From an uncultured delta proteobacterium (GTDB taxonomy: Bacteria > Myxococcota_A > Polyangia > Polyangiales > Polyangiaceae), in contig CAWJCS010000005.1 of assembly GCA_963841435.1 (NCBI GenBank), forward strand, positions 1-64,000: a stretch of 64,000 nt of DNA, given 5' to 3'. Position numbers and translations under genes: made by a program. Positions 1 through 8,923 of the stretch are shown one piece after another. Below the pieces are notes generated by a model that ran no database searches, was not told the DNA's origin, and saw only the letters and a program-made list of their open reading frames with translations. Each line of letters begins with the position of its first letter. The first letter of the stretch is position 1.

Positions 1-38
1 AGGATTTCCGATGGCACAGGGGGCACTCGGAAGCGGCA

Positions 39-566
39 ATGAAGTATTCGGAATCGTTCAAGGCGAAGATGGTGCAGAAGATGGCGAGAGGGCGGAGCGC
101 GAGTTCGCTGTCCCCGGAGGTGGGGGTGAATCAGCCGACGCTATCGAGGTGGCTGCGTGATGCGGGTAGATTGCGGTTGGTGAAGCGACCGCAGGACGAC
201 AAGGACAGGGAAACCACGGCGAGGCGCCCGGACGAATGGAGCGCGGAGGAGAAGCTCCAGGCCGTGCTGGAAGCGAAAGGGCTGACAGAGAGCGAACTTG
301 GAGAGTTTCTGCGGCGACGGGGGCTGCACGAGAAGCAGCTACGTGAATGGGAGGCTGCGGCGGTGGAGTCGCTGCGCGGGCACAAGGCGCGCGGCAAGTC
401 TGCCGAGGCGAAGCGGGTGAAGGAGCTCGAGCGGGAGCTACGGCGCAAGGAGAAGGCGCTGGCGGAGACAGCAGCGCTCTTGGTGCTCCGAAAAAAAGCG
501 GAAGCTCTGTGGGGGGACGAGGACGCCTCCACGGAGCCGAACAGCGACGACGAGTCCTCGAACTGA
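39..566 (+). CDS. IS3-family transposase OrfA (HTH + coiled coil)
   Basis: MKYSESFKAKMV HTH start; C-terminal ELERELRRKEKALAETAALLVLRKK typical of IS3 OrfA. Confidence 0.92.
   Translation: MKYSESFKAKMVQKMARGRSASSLSPEVGVNQPTLSRWLRDAGRLRLVKRPQDDKDRETTARRPDEWSAEEKLQAVLEAKGLTESELGEFLRRRGLHEKQLREWEAAAVESLRGHKARGKSAEAKRVKELERELRRKEKALAETAALLVLRKKAEALWGDEDASTEPNSDDESSN
491..537 (+). promoter_or_regulatory. Programmed -1 ribosomal frameshift signal (A7 slippery site plus downstream hairpin)
   Basis: A-AAA-AAA at 491-497 in the OrfA frame; 6-nt spacer; 12-bp stem 504-515/526-537 with 2 G-U pairs. OrfB is in the -1 frame. Confidence 0.85.
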
Positions 567-1555
567 TCACCGAAGCCGTGACCGCGGGAGCGCGCCAGCG
601 GGCGGCCAGCCGCGAGCTCGGGCTGGATGCCCGCACGGTGCAACGATGGCGCGCAGGCGCCGACGAGGACCGCCGGTCGGGGCCGCGGCGTCATCCGCCG
701 AGCGCCGTCAGCGAACAGCAACGGCGGCACGTCCTGGCGCTCTTGACGAGCCCGCGCTTCCGGGACCTGTCGCCGAGGCAGGTCGTGCCGACCCTCGCGG
801 ACGAGGGAATTTACACGGTTTCGGAGGCCACGATGTACCGTCTCCTCCGAAGCGAGCGGTTGCTGACTCACCGAGCGAGCTCGCGACCGCGGACGCACCA
901 CCGGCCGCCGGAGCTCGTGGCGGCGACCCCGAACACGGTGTGGTGTTGGGACATCACGTACTTGCGGGCGCCGGTGCGCGGCACCTTCTACTACCTGTAC
1001 CTGCTCGAGGATCTCTACAGCCGTCGGATCGTCGGCTGGCAGGTGCTCGACTGCGAATCGGCGGAAGCCGCTGCATTGCTCGTCGAACGGACGTGCGCCG
1101 AGCTCAAGGTCGACTCGTCGAGGTTGCACCTGCACGCGGACAACGGCGGGCCCATGAAGGGAGCGACGATGCTGGCGACGCTCCAGCGACTGGGCGTCGT
1201 CGCGTCCTTCAGCAGACCGCGAGTGAGCGACGACAACCCATTTGCCGAGTCACTTTTTCGCACACTCAAGTACCGACCTGGCTTCCCAAGTCGGCCCTTC
1301 CGTGATATCGAGGAAGCACGTCAGTGGGTGAGCGGCTTCGTGCGCTGGTACAACGAACAGCATCTGCACTCGGCGCTGAACTTCGTCACGCCGAACGACC
1401 GCTATTTCGGCCGCGACGCGGCAATTCTCGCCGCCCGCCATCTCGTCTACCAGCGCGCGCGGGGCCGGCATCCGGAACGCTGGACCGGTGAAACTCGCAA
1501 CTGGTCGCCGGCACCAGCCGTCACCCTCAACCCGAACCAAGCGAGCAGCTCGTAA
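491..1555 (+). CDS. IS3-family transposase OrfB (rve integrase core), expressed as OrfAB fusion
   Basis: WCWDITYL...HADNG...DNPFAESLFRTLK DDE motifs; WYNEQHLHSAL. Confidence 0.93.
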   Translation, partial: KKSGSSVGGRGRLHGAEQRRRVLELITEAVTAGARQRAASRELGLDARTVQRWRAGADEDRRSGPRRHPPSAVSEQQRRHVLALLTSPRFRDLSPRQVVPTLADEGIYTVSEATMYRLLRSERLLTHRASSRPRTHHRPPELVAATPNTVWCWDITYLRAPVRGTFYYLYLLEDLYSRRIVGWQVLDCESAEAAALLVERTCAELKVDSSRLHLHADNGGPMKGATMLATLQRLGVVASFSRPRVSDDNPFAESLFRTLKYRPGFPSRPFRDIEEARQWVSGFVRWYNEQHLHSALNFVTPNDRYFGRDAAILAARHLVYQRARGRHPERWTGETRNWSPAPAVTLNPNQASSS

Positions 1556-1816
1556 CGACGACACTCTCGATTCAGATCAAGCGGCAACTATCCTGAAACT
1601 CGCCGGCCGCGAGGCGATGCGCGGCGCCAAGGGCATTCGAACTGCGAAGAAGCTGGGCGGAGCGAGCTGAGTTGGAGGTGCCGGAGGGGGGCGCTACCGG
1701 AGAACGCAGGGAGGAGGCAGAAGCGGAACGACGGACCGGCAGTTTGCCCGTCGGTGAACTTCCGACCGGAGGAGTTGACGGACACGTCCGCCTCGAGGCT
1801 GCCGAGCCTGGAGCTG

Positions 1817-2200
1817 TCAGTGCAAGAGTGGCAGCTTGAGCTGCCCGAGCGGAGGAGGATGCGGAGCCGGCGGCGGGCGCGGAGCGAGCCCGAGCCGGGC
1901 AAGCAAGTCGCGAGCCGCCTCGGCGGTGGCTGCAGCCTCCATCCAGCGCATCGGTCCGCCGCAGCGGGGGCACGTATCCAAGTCTGCCGCGAAGACGTGT
2001 TTCAAGAGCCACGCCCATCTTTTTCTCGGAGCGGGCTCGTCGCTCTCGGCATCGAGCGCGAGCTCGAGCTGATCGCCCGGAGCAGGCGGCGGCGCGGTGG
2101 CGCTCGGATCGGCGGGCGAGTGCGGGACCACTTCTCGGCGGAGCCGCGAGTGGCTCGAGAGCACGCCAAAATATCTGAGTAAATGCCAGCGCGGGGACGG
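1817..2200 (-). pseudogene. IS91-family (Y2/rolling-circle) transposase C-terminal remnant
   Basis: HLLRYFGVL...RWAWLLKHVFAADLDTCPRCGGPMR...LLARLGL resembles the IS91-type C-terminus; the N-terminal part is missing. Confidence 0.75.
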
Positions 2201-2553
2201 TGCTTCCGGCATTCGTCGCGGGGCCCGTCGTCGGGTCTTGGATACTCCCGATCGTGGCCGCGTTCATGCATGGCGGCTGGGCGGAGGTGCTCCGCATTCC
2301 AGTTATCGACTGGGCCTTCTGCCTGCCGCCCGATTCACTCGGGCGCGCGTCCACCTTGTATGGGCTCATTAATTTGGGCCAGCTCGTGCTTGCGTTCGTT
2401 TGCGCAATGGCGTCCGCAAAAGCTACTGAGCTCGCCTGGCAGAATATCGTCATCGAGAAGCTTGCGGCGCTCTCGACACGATCCCGCCGAACGTGCCGCC
2501 GTCGTGTCCGGACGCCGTGGAGTCACTGCACGTTGATGATCACACGGCGATAG
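2200..2553 (+). CDS. Possible small membrane protein or gene fragment
   Basis: Two hydrophobic segments and lower GC; abuts the IS91 remnant; no clear RBS. Confidence 0.3.
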   Translation: MLPAFVAGPVVGSWILPIVAAFMHGGWAEVLRIPVIDWAFCLPPDSLGRASTLYGLINLGQLVLAFVCAMASAKATELAWQNIVIEKLAALSTRSRRTCRRRVRTPWSHCTLMITRR

Positions 2554-3524
2554 GCGGTGAGCTTGGGTGAACCGCTATCTTGTAGCTCCAGGACGATGTG
2601 CAGGTTCTTTCCGCCGGCGTTGGAGGGAACCTGCACCGTGGCGGACGCCGAGCTGCCGTTTTGGATCGACACGGAACCGCTGAAGGAACTGGGGTCGGCG
2701 TAGAACCACCACGAATAGGACAGGCTATCCTCGTCGGGGTCGGTCGAGCCGGCCGCGCTCAAAGAAACGTCGGAACCGGCGGCGGCCGAGACCTCGAGCA
2801 CTTGCCGGCTGGTGTCACCGTTGACGACCGCAATGGGGTGGTGGTTTGCGCCCGCGTAGTTGCTGGTGACGCTCCAATCCATCCGGGCCGCAAAATCGTT
2901 CTGGAGGGCGTCTTTCCAACGGCTGATCGACTCGGAAGCGTCGTTGTACATGCCGTACGGGTCGTACGCTTGGTCTTCACCAGACATGCAAGACATGCCT
3001 CGGATCCCGGTCTTCTTCTGCGGAGCGAAACGACCACCCCAGCCACCCTGGTCGACTTTTTCGGGATCGTGAAGACCGTTGGGAATCAGATGAAAAATCG
3101 AGGGCGAGTCCCCTTCGATGGCGTACGCCTTGTCCGGGTAAACCGCACCGAGCGGACCTTTGCTTTGAACGTTCGTGTTGACCCAGCTGTCGGAGGGCTG
3201 CCAGCTATAGACGCTGGTCGCGCGGATGTAGATGATGTCGGGAAAGGTTTTCGCGATCCACGTCCCTGCGTTGTCCTGACCCAGCACGTCGTAAACACGT
3301 AGCCTGCTGACGAACTTGGCGAGCTCGTCCGCCGAACGCGTCTTTTGCACCTTCCACAGCGCCTGGGCGACGGTGTTACCGCCACCCCACAAGGTCGCCC
3401 AAACGGGGCGCGGATCGTCCTTGTCCACGGCTGCGATGACCAGCTCCGAGCCTGGGCTGTCCTTGCCGTCGCCGACGTCCCCCATGCCATAGCCCTTTTG
3501 CCCGAGAGCGGAGACGCTCCGCAG
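2523..3524 (-). pseudogene. DUF1593 (nucleoside-hydrolase-like) protein, 3' part; interrupted by IS66
   Basis: DDPRPVW..LWGG.NT.AQAL, EGDSPS, GGWGGRF, QNDFAARMDW, ANHHP motifs; rejoins the 5' part in frame when the IS is removed. Confidence 0.9.
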
Positions 3525-3584
3525 GTGTCCGTCCGCCGGACCGCACCCGGTGCGAGGGTTGACGCCGAGGTGTGGCCGGTCGGG

Positions 3585-5231
3585 CTATTCGGCGGCGGAA
3601 GGCGGCGCCGCCGCGCGCGCCACCTGCCACGGCGCCGGCAGCAAATCCGGCAGATCCTTGAGACGCATACGGCGGGCGAGGCGCGGCAGCACGTCGGCGA
3701 GGTACTCGACGGGGTCGATCTCGGCGAGCGCCGAGCAGCCGAGGATGGTGTAGGCGATCGCAGCTCGTTCGCCGCCGGCGTCGGAGCCGGCGAAGAGAAA
3801 GTTCTTGCGCGTGAGTGCCGCGCGGACGTGCAGGCGTTCGACGACGCCGTTGTCGATGGGGATCACACCGTCTTCGAGAAACCGACCGAGCGCGACGTGG
3901 TGGTTTTGGAGGTAGCGGATCGCCGTGCCCATCGGCGAGCTCGGTGGTTCGTGCGGTTCGTGGACGTTCGCCCAGGCGACGAGCTCGTCGAAGACCGGCT
4001 TGCTCCGTGCCTGCCGCTCGACGAGCCGGGCCTCCGGCGTCGCGTCCTTCGTCCCCGCCTCGATTTCGTAAAGCTTCTTGTACGCGGCGATCGGCAGCGC
4101 CGCGCGCTTGTCACCGCCGTCGAGCGCCTCGAAGAAGTAGCGGCGAGCGTGCATGTTGCAGCCGCACTCGATGAGCGTCTCGCGCTTGAAGCTCGCATCG
4201 AAAACGCCGGCCGCGTCGGCCACCGTGTAGCCGTTTCGGAGCTTGAGCACGTCTTCCGGCCCAAGCTCACCCTTTTTCTGCCCCGTCTTTTTGCCGGTCG
4301 AGGCGTAGAGGTAGAGCGCCGTCTCTTGGTCGCCCACGTAACCCCAGAGCGTTCCGAGCTTCTTGCCGCCAGGCGCGTCCCGATCGAGCACTGGCAGGCT
4401 CGTGCCGTCCAGGTGCATCACGACCGACATCAAGACGTTCGCGATGGCCGCGCGCCAGAGCGGTCGGAGCAAGTCCGTCGCCCACGTCACCTGGTCGGCG
4501 AGCGTCGAGACGCTGATGTCGAGCCCCATTCTCTCGAAACGCTGCCTCTGACGGTGCAGCGGCAGGCCATCCCAATACTTGTCCACCAAGAGCTGGGCGA
4601 CGAGTCTCGCGCCGAGCTTGCCGCCCGAGACGACCTTGTCGCCCGGCGGTGCTCGCACGAGCTCGCCCTCGCACCGCTTGCACGCAAGCTTCTCGCGAGC
4701 GTCGCGCCGCACCACGACCTCTGCCGGGATGAGCTCGATGACTTCCGTCACGTCGTGGCCGATGCACTCCCGCTCGGCTCCGCAGACCGGGCAGGGTCGC
4801 TCGGCGTCGGGCACGCGGAGCAGGTTCTCGATACGTCGCAGCTCCGGCGGCGGCGCCTTCCGCAGCGGCGGCTGCTTCTTGGGCTCCTTCGTTTCCTTCG
4901 TCTCCGGGTCCTCCTTTGCCCCGTCGTCGATGCCGGCAGCACTGCGGAGCCTTCGGTTCGCTTCGTCCCGCTCCTCGTCCGTCCCGCTCTCGCTCTCCGC
5001 CGCCGTAGCGAGTGCGTCGAGAAACAACAGCAGCTGCGCCTTCGGCACGCTCTCGTTCTTCTTGCGGCGCGACGCGATCTCGGCAAGCCGCTGCTCGAGC
5101 TCGCTATTGCGCGCCACGAGCTTCTCCACCACCGCGAGCACCTCGTCGTTGCGTCCCTCGGAGAGCAGCTCCTTGAGCACGTCGAGCACCGCCCCTCGTC
5201 GCTCGCTAGTGCTCTTCGACGCTCCGGCCAC
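3585..5231 (-). CDS. tnpC: IS66 transposase TnpC
   Basis: CPVCG zinc finger, LPLHRQ, HLDGT, CNMHARRYF, IDNGVVER, RKNFLFAGS motifs. Confidence 0.95.
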   Translation of the reverse strand: MAGASKSTSERRGAVLDVLKELLSEGRNDEVLAVVEKLVARNSELEQRLAEIASRRKKNESVPKAQLLLFLDALATAAESESGTDEERDEANRRLRSAAGIDDGAKEDPETKETKEPKKQPPLRKAPPPELRRIENLLRVPDAERPCPVCGAERECIGHDVTEVIELIPAEVVVRRDAREKLACKRCEGELVRAPPGDKVVSGGKLGARLVAQLLVDKYWDGLPLHRQRQRFERMGLDISVSTLADQVTWATDLLRPLWRAAIANVLMSVVMHLDGTSLPVLDRDAPGGKKLGTLWGYVGDQETALYLYASTGKKTGQKKGELGPEDVLKLRNGYTVADAAGVFDASFKRETLIECGCNMHARRYFFEALDGGDKRAALPIAAYKKLYEIEAGTKDATPEARLVERQARSKPVFDELVAWANVHEPHEPPSSPMGTAIRYLQNHHVALGRFLEDGVIPIDNGVVERLHVRAALTRKNFLFAGSDAGGERAAIAYTILGCSALAEIDPVEYLADVLPRLARRMRLKDLPDLLPAPWQVARAAAPPSAAE

Positions 5232-5303
5232 CCACGCTTTCTATTTCATCGCGATCGCCAGTGCCAAGCACAATCGCAGGGTGTCACGTGGGATCACGTA
5301 GCG

Positions 5304-5684
5304 TCACCCGGACGCAGATGCCCGAGCGTGCAGCGGCGGCTCCCAGCGCTTCTGCGCGTGCACCACCCGGGCGTCGATGCCCTCGAGCAGCATCGAGAGC
5401 TCGTGCACGTCGAGCTCCACGCTCTTCGCCTCGCTCGTCATCCTCTTCGCAAACGTGAAACGCCCCTGCTCGAGCCGCTTGTGCACAATCGTGAAGCCGC
5501 CGCGAGTCCACAACAAAAGCTTCACCATCGTGCGCCGTCGGTTCAGAAACACGAAGACGTGCCCGCTCAGCGGGTCGCGCCGCAGCACCTCGCGCACCTC
5601 GTTCGACAAGCCGTCGAATGACTTCCTCAAGTTCACCGGCTCCGTCCCCACGTATACGCGCACCGCGCGCGGCAGAAGCAACAC
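5304..5684 (-). CDS. tnpB: IS66 accessory protein TnpB
   Basis: PVNLRKSFDGL...VFVFLNRRR..VKLLLW...KRLEQGRF. Confidence 0.95.
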   Translation of the reverse strand: MLLLPRAVRVYVGTEPVNLRKSFDGLSNEVREVLRRDPLSGHVFVFLNRRRTMVKLLLWTRGGFTIVHKRLEQGRFTFAKRMTSEAKSVELDVHELSMLLEGIDARVVHAQKRWEPPLHARASASG

Positions 5685-5688
5685 GGGC

Positions 5689-6024
5689 CTACTGCCTCAC
5701 CAGCTCGCCCACGAGCGCCACCACCCACGACGGCGGCACCCGCCCTGGATCCAGCTCGACCGCCACCCCACCCGGCAGACGCACCACGACCGGGTGCTCG
5801 GCCCTGGCGCCAGACTCGATCCGCACCACGGCCGGAACGAGACGCGAGATCGCGCCGTCAACCGACTTTCGTCCGCGCTTCGTCCCCGCTCCGAGCCGAC
5901 GCTGCCAGAAATGCAGCCGCTGCGGGTCGATGCCGTGCTCACGTCCGTACGACCGAGCCGATTTCCCGCTCGCCCGCCATCGCGACAAAATCTCTCCTGC
6001 CTCGTCCGCCGTCCAGCGTGCCAT
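5689..6024 (-). CDS. tnpA: IS66 accessory protein TnpA
   Basis: WRASGKSARSYGREHGI...HFWQRRL HTH; C-terminal VVVRLPGGVAVEL. Confidence 0.88.
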   Translation of the reverse strand: MARWTADEAGEILSRWRASGKSARSYGREHGIDPQRLHFWQRRLGAGTKRGRKSVDGAISRLVPAVVRIESGARAEHPVVVRLPGGVAVELDPGRVPPSWVVALVGELVRQ

Positions 6025-6095
6025 CGCCGCCGAGTCTGCCGCGCCCAGCCCCGCGCAGGGGCGCCGTCAGAGGGTGCGCTCGGGCGGACGGACAC

Positions 6096-6841
6096 CTCCG
6101 CAGGTACTCCACGGACGGATACTCCGGATCATGCACTTTTAGATTGGAAACCACCTGGCCATACGCGTTGACGATTTTGTCCAGCATGCTCGTGTTGCTC
6201 TGGCTCTTCTTCCAGCAACCCGTCACGACGACCAAGCCTTCGATATCCATCCAATCGGCCATCACGAGCGCGCGGACCATCGACATCTCGTCGTCCGGAT
6301 CGGCGCCGAGATCGGTCGTGTGGATCACCCGGGGCTTGAAGCTCATCGGGCCGCCCGTGCCGGCAGAGCCGCCCGTGCCGGCAGAGCCGCCCGTGCCCGC
6401 GGAGCCACCGATGCCCGCAGTGCCACCGATGCCCGCAGTGCCGCCCATGCCTGCCGAGCCCGCGGTCCCGCCCGCCGCCGCCCCAGCGACACCCGCGGTC
6501 CCGCCCATGCCAGCTGTGCCGCCCGTGTCACCTGCGCCCGCCGAGCCGCCAGCCGCCGCACCGGCGCCGCCCGTGCCCGCAGAGCCCCCGGTCGTCACGG
6601 TACCGGCACCACCGCCAGAACCGCCCGCCGCCGCGCCGCCCGTGCCCGCAGAGCCGCCGGTCGTCACGGTACCGGCACCACCGCCCGTTCCGCCGGCCGC
6701 AGAAGTGCCGCCCGTCGCCGGACTCCCCCCCGAGCTGGCACTCGCGCCCGAGCTACCAGCGGGATCCTCGCCCGTGCAGGAGAGCAAAGCCAGCGACAGG
6801 CCTGAAAGCCAGAGGTTGGTACGACGCTGAAGCCTGTTCAT
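6096..6841 (-). pseudogene. DUF1593 lipoprotein, 5' part (lipobox, Gly-rich tether, start of domain)
   Basis: MNRLQRR...LALLSC lipobox after an AAGGA RBS; KPRVIHTTDLGADPDDEMSMVR motif; cut by IS66 at EYLR. Confidence 0.9.
6350..6720 (-). repeat. Coding low-complexity tandem repeats (GGSAGT / GGTAGM units)
   Basis: 18-bp units and a duplicated GGGAGTVTTGGSAGTGG block in the lipoprotein linker. Confidence 0.8.
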
Positions 6842-7005
6842 CTTTGCCAGTTCCTTGGGGTACGCGTGCCGGATTTTCGGGGTCGCTTTTCCCGCGAGGT
6901 TCAGGCGACCTCGTTGTGGTTCGTGCCTCTCAGTGCGACACCCAGTCGTTGCGGGTAGAGAAGGCACTGAGAAGCGTTCGCCTTCTCGTTTGGGGAAGTG
7001 CTTTT

Positions 7006-7040
7006 GAAAATTTCCTACCCGCAGCTGCTCCGCCGAGCAC
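7006..7040 (+). promoter_or_regulatory. Putative ECF-type promoter motif, copy 1
   Basis: GAAAATTTCC-TACC-CGCAG...GCCGAGCAC, repeated with near-identical spacing at 8291-8324. Confidence 0.45.
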
Positions 7041-7137
7041 TCATTGGTCGGGATGCGTGTGCCTGACGTCGGGCCCGTCTCTCAAGGCACGGGCCCGCGC
7101 CGTCGTTGCGGAGTGCTCGAGGTGATACTCTCGGACG

Positions 7138-8340
7138 GTGCGACCCGCGCTCAGGCCACTCGGCTCGGTTGCGGGGAGGTTTGCGCTCGGGGTCGCCCTG
7201 CTGGCCGCAGCGGGCGGCGTGCTCGGGACTTCCGGCGTCGCTTCCGCCGAGCACGGTACCCCGAGCAAAATGGTCTTCGTGCTTCACGATCAGTCTCCGG
7301 CGTCCGGAGTCCTGCAGACCTTCGATCGCTTGCAGGGCCAGCTCGGCGAGCTCGAGATCGACATCGAGACCGTCCACGTGCCACGCCTCGAAGAATTTCC
7401 CGAGCAGGCCAGGCAAGCAGCGCACATCGCGCGGGGCAGTCGAGCGGTGGCCGCGGTCTGGTTCGAAGCAAGGACCGCCGGCACCCTTCGCATTTACGCG
7501 TTGCACGCGCCGAGTGGCCGTGTGTTCGCTCGCGACGTCAGCCTGGGCGACGACGCCACCGTGCAACGCGAGCAGGTCGCCGTCGTTCTACGCGCAGCGA
7601 TACCGGCGATATTGAGCGGCGGCTCCGAACTCGGAAAGCCCCTGCTCGTCGTCCCGCGCGACCTGCCCGTCGAGGCTCCCTCACCACCGCCGCTCTCCGC
7701 CCCGAAACCTGACGACCGCGCCTCTCGCGAGGTCGAACGGGCAGCGCGACTCCGCGCAGCGGTGGGATACGGCGGAGCCAGCGTCGCGTCTGATGCGAAC
7801 TGGCAGAGCGGAGTGTCGGCAGAGCTCCTGCTGGACGCGCGCGGCTGGTTGAGGGGCAGCCTGGGGGCGGGCTACGCCGCACCCACGACCATCCGAGCTG
7901 ACCAGGCGGACGCGACCATCACGCGGTTTCCGTTCGTCGCTAGGGTCGGCATCACGCGGAGCCTCGGCAGTCCCGTGTTCGGTGTCGAGGGGGGCCCAGT
8001 GCTCGAGGCCTGGCACCGTCAAACCAGCGTCCACTCCGACAGGCTGCGACCGACCGCACCCAGTACGGCCTGGAGATTCGGTGGCGCTCTGGCGGCCCGC
8101 TTGGACATGAGCCTGAGCTCCCATGTCGGACTGTATTTGTTGTTGGAGGGGCAGTGGTTCCCCGGACCTCACACGCTGACCATCGAATCCGAGCAGGGCG
8201 AGCAGAAGATCACGACACGGTCACTGCGCCCACAGGTAGGTCTGGGTCTTCTGTTCGACGTATTCCCCCCACCGAGCGTCACGCCCGACGGAAAATTTCC
8301 ACCTTCGCAGGCGCGGCCGGGCACGAATGAAGAAAACTGA
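7138..8340 (+). CDS. Exported protein with Pro-rich linker and predicted C-terminal outer-membrane beta-barrel
   Basis: Signal peptide ending ASA; alternating Gly/hydrophobic strands in the C-terminal half; overlaps the sigma gene start. Confidence 0.7.
   Translation: MRPALRPLGSVAGRFALGVALLAAAGGVLGTSGVASAEHGTPSKMVFVLHDQSPASGVLQTFDRLQGQLGELEIDIETVHVPRLEEFPEQARQAAHIARGSRAVAAVWFEARTAGTLRIYALHAPSGRVFARDVSLGDDATVQREQVAVVLRAAIPAILSGGSELGKPLLVVPRDLPVEAPSPPPLSAPKPDDRASREVERAARLRAAVGYGGASVASDANWQSGVSAELLLDARGWLRGSLGAGYAAPTTIRADQADATITRFPFVARVGITRSLGSPVFGVEGGPVLEAWHRQTSVHSDRLRPTAPSTAWRFGGALAARLDMSLSSHVGLYLLLEGQWFPGPHTLTIESEQGEQKITTRSLRPQVGLGLLFDVFPPPSVTPDGKFPPSQARPGTNEEN
8291..8324 (+). promoter_or_regulatory. 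Putative ECF-type promoter motif, copy 2
   Basis: GAAAATTTCC-ACCTT-CGCAG...GCCGGGCAC immediately before the sigma factor ATG. Confidence 0.45.
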
Positions 8341-8923
8341 TGACCACTCGTCCGCACCGGATCGCGAGCCATGGGACGCCGACGCGAGATTGACTCGGGC
8401 TGCCGCCGAGGGGGACACGGCTGCAAAGCGGGAGCTCTTGCTCCGCGCCTTGCCCGTGGTCCGGCGAACAGCGCGGCAAATCCTCGGGCGATCGCAAGAG
8501 ACGGACGACGCGGTTCAAGCCACGTTGCTCGAGGTCCTGCAGAGCCTCGGACGATTCGAGGGCCGCAGCAGCCTCGACACGTGGGTCACGCGCATTGCGA
8601 TCCGCACCACGCTTCGCCTGGCGGAGAAACAGCGCGCACTCTTTCCGGTCGACGTGCTCGAGTCGGGGCCAGCAGCGCCTTCGAGTCGGGGTGCGCTCGA
8701 GGGAATCCCCCGACCGATCGCCGAATACCTGGACCACCTGCCGCCACGGCAGCGTGCCGCGGTCGTGCTTCGCCACGGCTTGGACTTTACGGTCGACGAA
8801 ATCGCCGAAGCGACCCGAACGTCACGCAACACGGTCAAGTATCGCCTCAAGGAGGCGCTCGCGACGATCCGGCGCCTCGTGCGTCGGGATCTAGCGACGA
8901 GAGGCAGGCGCCATGACGACTGA
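8327..8923 (+). CDS. ECF RNA polymerase sigma factor
   Basis: Region 2 (DDAVQATLL...FEGRSSLDTWVTRIA) and region 4 (LPPRQRAAVVLRH...EIAE...TVKYRL). Confidence 0.93.
   Translation: MKKTDDHSSAPDREPWDADARLTRAAAEGDTAAKRELLLRALPVVRRTARQILGRSQETDDAVQATLLEVLQSLGRFEGRSSLDTWVTRIAIRTTLRLAEKQRALFPVDVLESGPAAPSSRGALEGIPRPIAEYLDHLPPRQRAAVVLRHGLDFTVDEIAEATRTSRNTVKYRLKEALATIRRLVRRDLATRGRRHDD

Larger units (their letters stand above)
1..1605 (+). mobile_element. IS3-family insertion sequence (left end outside the window; right end approximate)
   Basis: Overlapping orfA/orfB with a frameshift signal. The sequence after orfB (GCGGCAACTATCCTGAAACTCGCCG, ~1581-1605) looks like an IS terminus, but the partner repeat is not visible. 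Confidence 0.85.
3525..6095 (-). mobile_element. Complete IS66-family element (2571 bp)
   Basis: 24-bp terminal IRs GTGTCCGTCCGCC(G/C)GA(C/G)CGCACCC; 8-bp direct repeat CTCCGCAG at 3517-3524 and 6096-6103; tnpA-tnpB-tnpC order. Confidence 0.96.

Noticed and set aside
3345-5621. 758-aa plus-strand ORF and similar long ORFs (e.g. 50770-53499, 16277-18073, 26333-28078, 55360-56907)
   Set aside because: Antisense or alternate-frame shadows of clear genes; high GC suppresses stop codons and the translations have no motifs.
6998-7020. GTGCTTTTGAAAATTTCCTACCC resembles an ISCR/IS91 ori end
   Set aside because: Far from and opposite in sense to the transposase remnants; better explained by the motif repeated at 8291.
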